Assembly (NCBI GenBank): GCA_000830295.1
Contig: CP010425.1
Coordinates: 672,001 to 736,000, forward strand
Reading direction: 5' to 3'
Origin: an archaeon GW2011_AR15
GTDB taxonomy: Archaea; Nanobdellota; Nanobdellia; Woesearchaeales; GW2011-AR15
Length of the DNA: 64,000 bases
Part shown: piece after piece, positions 27,505 through 36,646 of the stretch
Layout: the number at the start of each line of letters is the position of its first letter
How positions within the stretch are numbered: the stretch's first letter is position 1
Made by a program: the position numbers and the translations under genes
Notes under the pieces: generated by a model
The model's input: only the letters and a program-made list of their open reading frames with translations
Told to the model about the DNA's origin: nothing
Database searches by the model: none

Positions 27505-28948
27505 CGCTCCTCAGCATATGGTCGGTTATCTTCACGTTAAAAAATTCTTTTAATGGCAGCCTGCCCTTGATCCCCACTATCAGCGGATAAGTGCCTATCT
27601 GCCTTGCGAATGTTGTCTTGCCGTCATACATTTTTGTATAGACTTCCCTCATTATACTGCCTTTTGGAAGCAGTCGCTGGAGCATGGGAAAGTCAATCTT
27701 CTGCCTTATGTCATTCCTCCATTTCCAGTAATATCTCTTGTTTTTCCTCAGGTACTTGTTCCCGAACTTCTTTTCCATGTCTGTTCCCGGCAGTATGGCA
27801 GCCTGCCTTATATTTATACGGCGAAGCATCCAGCCGTTGTCATAGATTTCCTGCAATGCCTTCATGTTGCACTCATGCGTGCTTTTGGTCTCATGGCCGA
27901 GCCCGTAGATTATGTTTATCCCGGGAAGGAATTTCGGCATGCCGTTTGGCCCCCTTTCAGAGCCAAGCTCATTAAGGATTTTTATTGCCTTCATTGCTAC
28001 AGGGGGGGTTGTATTCAGGGTATTTTCTTTTACGACAACAGGGTCAAATGATTCCACGCCGAATGCCGCTATGTTGCCCTCAGTGCAGTATTTTACGACT
28101 GCCTTTGTCTTCTCGAAATCCTTGTCACCAACAACAAAAACAGGATTCACGTTGTCTATGTGCAGGACTTTGATGTCAGGGCATTTCTCCCTTATCTCTT
28201 TCAGCAGCCTTACAGGGTCTTCAATCGAGTAGAAATCGCTCTGCTTTCCAAGCCTGAAATACCTGCAACCCATGTCATAATATAATTTGATCTCCTCAAC
28301 AATCTCATCAGTTTTCCTGTTCAGGAATTTATTTTTTATAGGCTCTGTGCAGAAACTGCAGTGGCCGATATTGCATCCTCTGCCTGTCTCAATCTCAATT
28401 ATCCTGTAATCGGGAATCTGCTTTATTATCCCTGCGCCTTTTATTGCATACTCCTGCATCCTGAAAACACCGAATTCAAACCCAAAGTTTTTCACTTCGT
28501 CAAAAACGCTCATGTCTCCCTTCTCGAAAAACTTGCCGCCCTCGAGCTGAGTCCCGTAGATTCCGGGACCTGTAAGGATTTTCTTGCAATTTAATTTCTT
28601 AAGCAGGGGAGTTATCTCCCTCAGCGTCCCGGGGACTGCTGTAAGGTATTTGCCGGGCACGTGCACGCCGAGATTTACAATAAGCGTGTCTGTTTCATCC
28701 AGGATTTTCGTTATGTCCTTTCTCGTCAGGTTGTATATCCTTATGTTGGTCTTGTCTTTTCCAGTCACTTCTTTTACTTTGTTGCCGTAAATCATGTTCA
28801 GCCTGAGGTCATCTATTGTGATGTATTTTGGGTCATAGCCTTTTGATTTCAGGATGCCGAAGATGTATCTCGGATAAGTCCCGAGATAAGGAGGCACGCC
28901 CAAGCCTGCTGCCTCATCAGTATAGCAGTCAAGTATTGTGTAGTTCAT
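27485..28948 (-). CDS. Radical SAM protein with C-terminal TRAM domain (COG1031-like)
   Basis: Start MNYTILDCYTDEAAGLGVPPY; EIETGRGCNIGHCSFCTEP; LRRINIRQ; RQIGTYP. Confidence 0.85.
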   Translation of the reverse strand: MNYTILDCYTDEAAGLGVPPYLGTYPRYIFGILKSKGYDPKYITIDDLRLNMIYGNKVKEVTGKDKTNIRIYNLTRKDITKILDETDTLIVNLGVHVPGKYLTAVPGTLREITPLLKKLNCKKILTGPGIYGTQLEGGKFFEKGDMSVFDEVKNFGFEFGVFRMQEYAIKGAGIIKQIPDYRIIEIETGRGCNIGHCSFCTEPIKNKFLNRKTDEIVEEIKLYYDMGCRYFRLGKQSDFYSIEDPVRLLKEIREKCPDIKVLHIDNVNPVFVVGDKDFEKTKAVVKYCTEGNIAAFGVESFDPVVVKENTLNTTPPVAMKAIKILNELGSERGPNGMPKFLPGINIIYGLGHETKSTHECNMKALQEIYDNGWMLRRINIRQAAILPGTDMEKKFGNKYLRKNKRYYWKWRNDIRQKIDFPMLQRLLPKGSIMREVYTKMYDGKTTFARQIGTYPLIVGIKGRLPLKEFFNVKITDHMLRSVTGEVV

Positions 28949-29002
28949 TGTTACCAGAGAAATATGGATAGTTTTATAATTTATTGGAAAAATATCAAGC
29001 AT

Positions 29003-29701
29003 ATGATTTCCATTGTCATTCCCACGCTGAACGAGGGGAGATACCTTCCAAAGCTGCTCGGGTCCATAAAAAAGCAGACCTATAAGGATTATGAGCTCAT
29101 TGTGTCTGACAATTTTTCTAAAGACAATACAAGAAGAATAGCGAAGAAATACGGCTGCAGGGTTGTTGACGGAGGACTGCCCGGGAAGGCAAGAAACAAC
29201 GGCGCAAAGGCAGCGAAATATGACCTGGTGTTTATTGATGCTGATATAGTGCTGGCTGATAAAAGCTTCCTGAAAATATTTCTTGAAAAAATAAAAAAAG
29301 AAAACCTGGACATAGCGACGTGCAAGGTCCTGCCTGATTCCGGCAGACCGGATTACAGGTTCTATTATTTCCTGAAAAACTGGTTCAATAAAAATAATCC
29401 AATGAGGCATATCTCAGGCCAGTGCTTCTTCATAAAAAAAGAATTGTTTGAGAGCATAGGCGGATATGACGAGACCCTCCAGCTTGGAGAGGAGCATGAC
29501 CTTGTAAGGAGGGGGCTGAAGCACAAAGCCAGGTATAAATTTCTTGCCGGCCATTCTGTAATCAATTCAACAAGGCGGCTTGAGAAAGAGGGATTCTTCA
29601 GGCTGCTGTTCAAGTCCGCCTGCTCTGAGCTCTATGCAGTATTTTTCAGGAAGATAAAGAGAAAGCTCTTTGATTATGAGTTCGGAAATTATCAAAAATA
29701 A
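29003..29701 (+). CDS. Glycosyltransferase family 2
   Basis: ISIVIPTLNE, ARNNGA, FIDAD, GGYDE; start moved to ATG 29003. Confidence 0.92.
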   Translation: MISIVIPTLNEGRYLPKLLGSIKKQTYKDYELIVSDNFSKDNTRRIAKKYGCRVVDGGLPGKARNNGAKAAKYDLVFIDADIVLADKSFLKIFLEKIKKENLDIATCKVLPDSGRPDYRFYYFLKNWFNKNNPMRHISGQCFFIKKELFESIGGYDETLQLGEEHDLVRRGLKHKARYKFLAGHSVINSTRRLEKEGFFRLLFKSACSELYAVFFRKIKRKLFDYEFGNYQK

Positions 29702-30448
29702 CTATTCAAGCAGCAGCATAGAGGCCATTATGGCGATTCCCGCCACTATCCCAAGCAGCTGAAGGGCTGATTTCCTGACTTCTGTCTCTTTATGCAGTTC
29801 AGGTATAAGGTCGGAAGAAGCAATATATACAAAACCGCCTGCAGTTACGGGTATCAGCATCTGCACAAATCCTTCAAGGCTGCTGCCTATTACAAGCACA
29901 ATAAGCGCTCCGATTACTGAGGTGAGAGCGGAAAGGAAATTGTAGAAAAGCGCCTTTGCCGTTTTCATGCCGCTGTGAAGGAATATGGAAAAATCCCCTA
30001 TCTCCTGGGGGATCTCGTGGAGGACAACTGCCAGTGTTGTGGCAAACCCTATCCTGAAATCTATCAGGTATGAGCCTGCAATTATCATCCCGTCTATAAG
30101 GTTGTGAAGGGCATCTCCCACAAGGTTCATGAATGCAACAGGATGCGGATGATGCTTAGATGTCTCGATATGACAGTGCCTCCAGTGTATGAATTTCTCC
30201 AGAATAAAAAATATGAGGACGCCTCCAAGCAGGGAGAGTGAAACCTGAAGCGTGAAGCCGGTCTCTTCTATAATCTCAGGGAGCAGATGTATAAACGCAT
30301 CTCCCAGCAGGGCTCCTGTTGAGAAGCTTACAAGAAGCAATATCATTCCTTTCAGCCTTTCCTTTTTCAGGGCCAGTGTCAGAACCCCAGCAAAAGAAAC
30401 AAGGCTTACCAATACTACGCTTGCCAGAGATGCAATCCACGCGTCCAT
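29702..30448 (-). CDS. ZIP family metal transporter
   Basis: HLLPE, HWRHCH loop, DALHNLIDG, HEIPQEIGDF; start MDAW. Confidence 0.93.
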   Translation of the reverse strand: MDAWIASLASVVLVSLVSFAGVLTLALKKERLKGMILLLVSFSTGALLGDAFIHLLPEIIEETGFTLQVSLSLLGGVLIFFILEKFIHWRHCHIETSKHHPHPVAFMNLVGDALHNLIDGMIIAGSYLIDFRIGFATTLAVVLHEIPQEIGDFSIFLHSGMKTAKALFYNFLSALTSVIGALIVLVIGSSLEGFVQMLIPVTAGGFVYIASSDLIPELHKETEVRKSALQLLGIVAGIAIMASMLLLE

Positions 30449-30512
30449 TTTGGCTCTTATGCAGTTGCAGGAAGTATATAAATTTATATAGTAAGATGGC
30501 AACAGGAAAAAT

Positions 30513-30689
30513 ATGTGTATCTTATGCATGGGTTCAGTCTGCACTAATGTGGGGTTGTGCCAGCCGGTCATATACAGCTATTTCAGCACCCTGCAGTATT
30601 TCATTGCCCTTGGGATTGGGGCCGCTATTGGCATAACTTACAAGGCAAGAGATAAAATAAAGAATTTTTTCAGGGGATTAAGAAGATAA
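30513..30689 (+). CDS. 58-aa Cys-rich single-TM small protein MCILCMGSVCTNVGLCQ...
   Basis: Read manually; TTTATATA 30 nt upstream; 4 Cys, TM helix, basic tail. Confidence 0.6.
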   Translation: MCILCMGSVCTNVGLCQPVIYSYFSTLQYFIALGIGAAIGITYKARDKIKNFFRGLRR

Positions 30690-31847
30690 AACATCCCTGA
30701 CTATCTTCACAACCTCATCAACATCCTTCTTTGTAAATATCAATGGTGGAAGGAACCTCAGCACTGTCGTACCTGTAGGAATTATTATGACGCCTTTGTC
30801 CTGCAGGTCTTTTGCGTATTTTGTGTTCTTTGTTTTCAGCTCTACTGCAATCATCAGCCCCAGGCCGCGGACTTCCCTTATTACAGGAGATTCAATTGTT
30901 CTCAGCTGTTCTATGAAATATTTGCCCACAGAAGCAGCATTCTCCAGTATCCTGTGCTTTTCAATATAGTCAAACGTTGCAAGCGACGCAGCGCATACAA
31001 GAGGGTTGCCCCCAAAAGTGTTTGTATGGGCTCCTGAAAATAATTTTGAGGAGATTTCCTCTGTTATCAGCACTGCTCCCATCGGAAGGCCGGAGGCGAT
31101 TCCCTTTGCCATGCATATCATGTCAGGCTCTACATTGAAATGCTCTATTGCAAACAGTTTTCCTGTCCTTCCCATTCCTGACTGTATCTCGTCAATAACA
31201 AGCAGGGCATTGTTCTGTTCGCAGAGCTTTTTCACCTTTACAAAGAAATCTTTGCCAGGAATCCTGATTCCGCCCTCTCCCTGTATGGGCTCGAGGAAAA
31301 CAGCTGCAGTCTTTTCGCTTATAACTTCTTTTAATGAATCAATATCATTGAATGAGAAGTGCTTAACATCCTGAAGCAGGGGCTCATAGGGCTCATTGTA
31401 TTTTTTCAGGGTGCTTGTCAGGCTCAGTGCTCCGATTGTCTTTCCGTGGTAGCCCATCTTTGCAGCAATGATCTCAGTCTTTCCTGTTGCCAGCCTTGAG
31501 AACTTTATGGCAGCCTCGACAGATTCAGTTCCCGTGTTGCTGAAAAAGACTTTTGTAAGATTCTTAGGAGAGACTTCAATTAATTTCTTGGCTATGAGCG
31601 ACCTCTTGTCATTTGTAAAAGAGCCATGCAGGTTTGTTATTCTTTCAAGCTGCTCTGCAACCGCCCTGTTTATCTCAGGGATATTATGCCCGAGTATGTT
31701 GACTCCCATGTTTGAGAAGCAGTCATAATATTTTTTCCCTGTTTCGTCATATACATAGATTCCTTTTCCCTTTACTATTGTCAGTCCCCTGCTTCCGTAA
31801 GTTGGGGCAATGTATTTTCCTGCCATTTCCTCATAATCCATTTTCAA
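30678..31847 (-). CDS. lysJ: [LysW]-aminoadipate semialdehyde transaminase (class III PLP)
   Basis: EPIQGEGG, DEIQSGMGRTG, AKG, TFGGNPL; operon context. Confidence 0.9.
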   Translation of the reverse strand: MKMDYEEMAGKYIAPTYGSRGLTIVKGKGIYVYDETGKKYYDCFSNMGVNILGHNIPEINRAVAEQLERITNLHGSFTNDKRSLIAKKLIEVSPKNLTKVFFSNTGTESVEAAIKFSRLATGKTEIIAAKMGYHGKTIGALSLTSTLKKYNEPYEPLLQDVKHFSFNDIDSLKEVISEKTAAVFLEPIQGEGGIRIPGKDFFVKVKKLCEQNNALLVIDEIQSGMGRTGKLFAIEHFNVEPDMICMAKGIASGLPMGAVLITEEISSKLFSGAHTNTFGGNPLVCAASLATFDYIEKHRILENAASVGKYFIEQLRTIESPVIREVRGLGLMIAVELKTKNTKYAKDLQDKGVIIIPTGTTVLRFLPPLIFTKKDVDEVVKIVRDVLSS

Positions 31848-32634
31848 TCACAGTTCCTTTTCCTTCTAATGCATCTTTAACAGGATGCTCTGTCCTGCCG
31901 TCTGAAATCAAAACCCTGCATTTTCCTGATTCAAACAGCTTCCTCAGGCTAAGCATCTTTCTTTTCATCCTGTCATCAACCTGCGCTTCCCTTTCTTTAA
32001 GCTCATCAGCAGACATTTTCTTCACCAATGATTTCGGGTCATCCCTGTTTTCCAAAAAGCCGGGGGCTTCTATTAATTGTATGACAGTATCTGCTTTCAT
32101 AGTGTCCTTCAGCACATTTACTATGTCATCATTCTCTGAGTTTATGGCAAAATTATTCTCGTCAATTATTGGTATGCATAAGACCGGGGTATAGCCGTTT
32201 TCCAGCAGCAGGTCCAATAGCTCTTTGTTTATCTCCTTTGGCTTGCCGGAGAAATCCCTTACAATTTTCTGCTTTGAGCCTTCTTTTATCCTTATGCCTG
32301 TGTTTCTTTTTCCCCTTATCAGCCTGCCGTCAATCCCTGAAAGCCCGACAGCATTGACTCCGTGCTGCTGGAATATCTCAACAATCCTCTTGTTTCTTAA
32401 GCCTGAGTAAGCCATCATTATGCTGTCAATTGCACCCCCATCTGAATAGACACTGGAATATCCAGAAACAGACTTAAGCACTTTCTTTTCTTTTCCAAGC
32501 TCTTTCATCAGCTGATCGCGGTGGTAATTGGCGCCGTGGACAACAATGACCTTTTCTTTAAGTCCTGCAATATCTTCTGCAACTCCATCTACATTAATGT
32601 CCTTCCCTCCGCCGATTTTTATTATCATAACCAT
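31831..32634 (-). CDS. lysZ: [LysW]-aminoadipate kinase
   Basis: IKIGG, VVHGA, SVSGYSS, GLSGIDG, MKRK. Confidence 0.92.
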   Translation of the reverse strand: MVMIIKIGGGKDINVDGVAEDIAGLKEKVIVVHGANYHRDQLMKELGKEKKVLKSVSGYSSVYSDGGAIDSIMMAYSGLRNKRIVEIFQQHGVNAVGLSGIDGRLIRGKRNTGIRIKEGSKQKIVRDFSGKPKEINKELLDLLLENGYTPVLCIPIIDENNFAINSENDDIVNVLKDTMKADTVIQLIEAPGFLENRDDPKSLVKKMSADELKEREAQVDDRMKRKMLSLRKLFESGKCRVLISDGRTEHPVKDALEGKGTVIENGL

Positions 32635-32637
32635 TTT

Positions 32638-33276
32638 CTACCACACCAGTATTGCATTATTCGGCACATTGCTCCAGTCAGTCTCTCCGGGATACGGGTC
32701 TGAGCACACGAGCAGGTCATGGCCTGTTTCCTTGTAGTGCATTGTGTAATACTCCTTGTCTTCCTCGAATGTCGTGTTCAGGTAGACATTCTCTTTTGTT
32801 GCGACAATTATATTCATGCCCCTTATGTGCCTGCTCTTCTTCTTTATCAGGGAGACGCCCTTTACAAATGCCTGGATTGTATCGCCGTTGTCAAACCTTT
32901 TGAAGAAGTTGAAAATCTTCTCAGCGCCTATCCTCCCTTCCTCTTTTATCCTCACTCCCTGCAGCTCTCCGTTGAATATGAAAACATACTTCGGGTCGTG
33001 GAAAGGCATGTTGTTTTCTATGAAAATCCCCTCGTCCTTGAAAGCGCTCCTTGCATGGGCTACAAGCATCTTTGTCTTCCCGAACTGCGAGAGGTCATCT
33101 TTCCAGACAGGGTTGATGTTCTTGTAGTGCTTCCATTCATTTTTTTCATCAAGGTATGAGCAGCCCCAGCCGTGCCCCTGGTATTCTTTGCTGTTTTTTG
33201 AAATGGCTGCGAAATTCTTAAGATGGGTCTCAATATCAAACACATTCTCTGATTTCACTAAAAGCAATCTGCACAT
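32638..33276 (-). CDS. Class II glutamine amidotransferase-like Ntn hydrolase (EgtC/Dug3/YafJ type)
   Basis: Start MCRLL (Cys2 nucleophile), QGHGWG, AHARSA, NNMPF, FIFNGEL, CSDP. Confidence 0.85.
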   Translation of the reverse strand: MCRLLLVKSENVFDIETHLKNFAAISKNSKEYQGHGWGCSYLDEKNEWKHYKNINPVWKDDLSQFGKTKMLVAHARSAFKDEGIFIENNMPFHDPKYVFIFNGELQGVRIKEEGRIGAEKIFNFFKRFDNGDTIQAFVKGVSLIKKKSRHIRGMNIIVATKENVYLNTTFEEDKEYYTMHYKETGHDLLVCSDPYPGETDWSNVPNNAILVW

Positions 33277-33286
33277 TTCAGCCTCT

Positions 33287-34324
33287 TTATACAGGATGCA
33301 ATCCAGGGAATTCAAGCCCTGCTGTCTCAGGGAGCCCGAACATTATATTCATGCACTGGACTGCCTGGCCTGCTGCCCCTTTCATCAGGTTGTCTATCGC
33401 GCTCATGACAACCAGCCTGTTGGAGCCTTCATCAATCTCAAAACCTATGTCGCAGTAATTTGTCCCCCAGAGTATTTTTGGCTCAGGATACCTGTAGATA
33501 CCTGTCTTTTCCTTTACAATCCTTATGAAAGGCTCATCTCCGTATTCCTTCCTGTAAATCTTCCAGATGTCCTTGTCCTGCAGCTTTTCTTTCAGGAAGA
33601 CATGGCCTGTCATCAGGATTCCCCTCACTAAGTCTGTGCTTGTTGCGCTGAATCCGAAATATCCGGTGTTAAGCTCCTGCATTATCTCGGCCATGTGCCT
33701 GTGGCCTGTCGGCCTGTAGCTTCTAAGCACGTCTTTTCTTTCAGGGTGGTGGCTTCCGGGATTCTCCTTATTGCCTGCTTCAGATGAGCCGCCTTTTACC
33801 TCGACAACTGTTTTTGCTGCATCAATTAAATTATTCTTGTATAACGGGTAAAGTCCGAGTATTGTTGCAGTCGCATTGCATCCTGCGGCAGCCACATAAT
33901 CTGCTTTCTTTATCTCTTCCCTGTGAAGCTCAGGGATTCCGTATACAAATTTCTTCAAAAGCTCTGGCCTGGGATGGTCAAACTCATACCATTTTTTGTA
34001 ATCCTCTTTATTCCTCAGCCTGAAATCGCTTCCCTTGTCAATGACTTTCTTTGCCTTTGACATTATGAAGTCTATTCTCTCAGAGCTTACCTTGTGAGGA
34101 AGCCCTACAAATATTACGTCAACATTTTCAAGCTCTTTCATGCTGCTGAATTTCAGCATTGTCTTTCCCCTTAAATTGGGATGGACCTGATGCACGAACT
34201 TTCCTGCATTGCTTTCTGATGTTGCCTGCACTACCTCGACATTCGGATGTCCAAGCAAAAGGCGAAGTGCCTCTCCGCCCACATATCCGGACGCTCCTAC
34301 AATTGATGCCTTAATCTTTTCCAT
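33287..34324 (-). CDS. lysY: [LysW]-aminoadipyl-phosphate reductase
   Basis: GASGYVG, AGCNAT, SHHPER, GHRH, IDNLMKGAAGQA. Confidence 0.93.
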   Translation of the reverse strand: MEKIKASIVGASGYVGGEALRLLLGHPNVEVVQATSESNAGKFVHQVHPNLRGKTMLKFSSMKELENVDVIFVGLPHKVSSERIDFIMSKAKKVIDKGSDFRLRNKEDYKKWYEFDHPRPELLKKFVYGIPELHREEIKKADYVAAAGCNATATILGLYPLYKNNLIDAAKTVVEVKGGSSEAGNKENPGSHHPERKDVLRSYRPTGHRHMAEIMQELNTGYFGFSATSTDLVRGILMTGHVFLKEKLQDKDIWKIYRKEYGDEPFIRIVKEKTGIYRYPEPKILWGTNYCDIGFEIDEGSNRLVVMSAIDNLMKGAAGQAVQCMNIMFGLPETAGLEFPGLHPV

Positions 34325-35159
34325 TCTTTGCCACCTTCAAAACATAATCAATCATCTTCTCTGGAATATTGACTCCGGTAGCTGTAATTGAATTCCTGAA
34401 TTCCATTGTGTGGTTTACTTCATTTACAACCAAGCCTTTCTTTGTCTCAAAAAGGTCAATCGCAAGTATCCCTCCTCCGACTGCCTTTGCTGCCTTCCTG
34501 CATATCTCATCAAGCTCTTTTGTAACAGGGCAGTTGCTTGCTTTTCCCCCTCTTGCTGTGTTGGTTATCCAGTGCTCTGAGCTCCTGTAGATTGCGCAGA
34601 TTGTTTTTCCGTCAACAACAAAAGCCCTTATATCCCTGCCCGGCTTTTCCACATATTCCTGTATGTAGAATACTGAATGCTGGACTCCGCCAAGCACTTT
34701 CTTGTGCTCTATCACGGCCTCTGCTGAGTGCCTGTCTGTTATCTTTGAGACAAGCCTTGCCCAGCTTCCGACAACCGGCTTTATCACGCATGGGTAGCCC
34801 ATCTTCTCAACTGCCTCAAGCGCAGTCTCAGGGGTGAATGCCATAATTACTTTTGGAGTCGGAATCTTGTTCTCTGTTAGTATCCTGCTGGTTACAAACT
34901 TGTCCCCGCAGTTTTCTGAAACAGCACTCCTGTTCACAACAGGAATCCCGTAGCCTTCAAAAATTTTTGAGATGTATAGTCCCCTGCTGTAGGATACGGA
35001 CCTTTCAAGTAAGACATCTATCTTAAAATTGTTTTTTGAAATGTCAAAAAATTCCGAGCCGTCATCTATCTTGACAACTTCCACATTTCTTTTTCTCAGC
35101 TCCTGAAGAAGCAATTTTTCTTCTGGCCTTATTATTGAGTAAAGGAATCCTACTTTCAT
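34311..35159 (-). CDS. lysX: Alpha-aminoadipate--LysW ligase (ATP-grasp)
   Basis: KPVVGSWAR, EHKKVLG, QEYVEKPGRDIR, WITNTARGG, NHTMEF. Confidence 0.95.
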   Translation of the reverse strand: MKVGFLYSIIRPEEKLLLQELRKRNVEVVKIDDGSEFFDISKNNFKIDVLLERSVSYSRGLYISKIFEGYGIPVVNRSAVSENCGDKFVTSRILTENKIPTPKVIMAFTPETALEAVEKMGYPCVIKPVVGSWARLVSKITDRHSAEAVIEHKKVLGGVQHSVFYIQEYVEKPGRDIRAFVVDGKTICAIYRSSEHWITNTARGGKASNCPVTKELDEICRKAAKAVGGGILAIDLFETKKGLVVNEVNHTMEFRNSITATGVNIPEKMIDYVLKVAKNGKD

Positions 35160-36157
35160 TTTATCCTCCGTGCGACTGCATCGCCTGCCTGCTCTGTTGT
35201 CAGCTTTCCTCCTAAATCCTGTGTTACATCCCCTTCTTCAATTGCTGACATCACAGCATCCCCGACTTTTTTGGCTGCTTCATCTTCTCCCAAAAATTCA
35301 AGCATCAGCTTTGCAGCCAGTATTGCTGCAGCCGGGTTTGCTACATTCTTTCCTGCATATTTAGGCGCAGAGCCATGAACAGGCTCAAAAACTGCCTTTT
35401 CTTTTCCTATATTTCCAGAGTATGCCAGCCCCAACCCTCCGACGAGCATTGATGCCTCGTCGCTCAAAATATCCCCGAACATGTTGGTTGTCACAATGAT
35501 TTCAAACTGGCCGGGGTTTTTTATGAGCTGCATTGCGCAGGCATCCACAAGCATCTCCTGCATCTCAATAGCCGGATATTCTTTGGCTATCTCCAGGGCA
35601 ACTTTCCTGAACAGCCCGCATGTCTCCCTCAGCACATTTGCCTTGTGGACAACAGTGACTTTCCTGAGGTTTTTTTCTCTGGCAAGCTCAAACGCATACC
35701 TGATAATCCTTTCACTTCCCTTTCTTGTGATGATCATCTCTGTTACTGCTTTGTTGCCGTTATCCTCTACACGCTCAACTCCTGAATAAAGGTCCTCTGT
35801 GTTCTCTCTGACAATATACATGCTTATCCCCTTCTGCGAAATCTCATGCGGGAAGGACCTGCACGGCCTCAGGTTGGCGTAGAGGTCAAAGTGTTGCCTC
35901 AGCCTTAAAATTGCTGAGGAGTAATTTTCGATATTCGGCGGGGTTGTCACAGCTCCGAACAGCGTTGCGTCTGCCTTCTCAACTTTCTTGATTGTTTCTT
36001 CAGGCAGGGCATCGCCTTTTTTCAGGTAGCAGCCGTATCCTATTTCCCCGTAGGTGAATTCAAGCTCAAGAGGCAGGGCTTTCAGTACCTTTACTGCCTG
36101 CTCAACAACTTCAGGCCCTATTCCGTCTCCCGGCAGAACGCAGATTCTGTATTTCAT
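35156..36157 (-). CDS. Homoisocitrate dehydrogenase
   Basis: PGDGIGPEV, RENTEDLY, NMFGDILSD, EPVHGSAP; operon context. Confidence 0.88.
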   Translation of the reverse strand: MKYRICVLPGDGIGPEVVEQAVKVLKALPLELEFTYGEIGYGCYLKKGDALPEETIKKVEKADATLFGAVTTPPNIENYSSAILRLRQHFDLYANLRPCRSFPHEISQKGISMYIVRENTEDLYSGVERVEDNGNKAVTEMIITRKGSERIIRYAFELAREKNLRKVTVVHKANVLRETCGLFRKVALEIAKEYPAIEMQEMLVDACAMQLIKNPGQFEIIVTTNMFGDILSDEASMLVGGLGLAYSGNIGKEKAVFEPVHGSAPKYAGKNVANPAAAILAAKLMLEFLGEDEAAKKVGDAVMSAIEEGDVTQDLGGKLTTEQAGDAVARRIK

Positions 36158-36645
36158 TGCAGCTCCTCTATATTGTGGCTCTTCAGGAAATTCACAATGC
36201 CTCCTGCGTTCACTATCTTCAGCACGAATTCAGGAAGCGGCTTTGCCTGGAATTCTTTCCCGTTTGTTATGTTTCTTATTATCCCTGTTTCAAGATTGAC
36301 ATCAAACTCATCCCCTTCTTGAACATCATCATAGACATCGCATTCAAGTATTGGCAGGCCTATGTTGATGGCATTCCTGAAAAATATCCTTGCATATGAT
36401 TTTGCGATTATGCACTTTGCCCCAGAGCCCTTTATTGCAATGGGCGCGTGCTCCCTTGATGAGCCGCAGCCGAAATTATCCCCTGCAACAATCACATCTC
36501 CCGGGTTTACAGTCTTTGCATAATCCGGCTTTACCTCGCAGAACACATTTTTTGCCAGCTCTTTTTCGTCTATTGTGATGTTGTATCTCGCAGGTATGAT
36601 TACATCAGTGTTCACGTTGTGCCCGAATTTCCAGACTTTGCCCAT
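36154..36645 (-). CDS. lysU: Homoaconitase small subunit
   Basis: NTDVIIPARY, NFGCGSSREHA, ARIFFRNAINIG. Confidence 0.88.
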   Translation of the reverse strand: MGKVWKFGHNVNTDVIIPARYNITIDEKELAKNVFCEVKPDYAKTVNPGDVIVAGDNFGCGSSREHAPIAIKGSGAKCIIAKSYARIFFRNAINIGLPILECDVYDDVQEGDEFDVNLETGIIRNITNGKEFQAKPLPEFVLKIVNAGGIVNFLKSHNIEELQ

Positions 36646-36646
36646 T

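Noticed and set aside
28949-29410. 154-aa N-terminal extension of the radical SAM ORF in the track
   Set aside because: It is the antisense of the GT2 gene; the family start MNYTILD has its own TATA box
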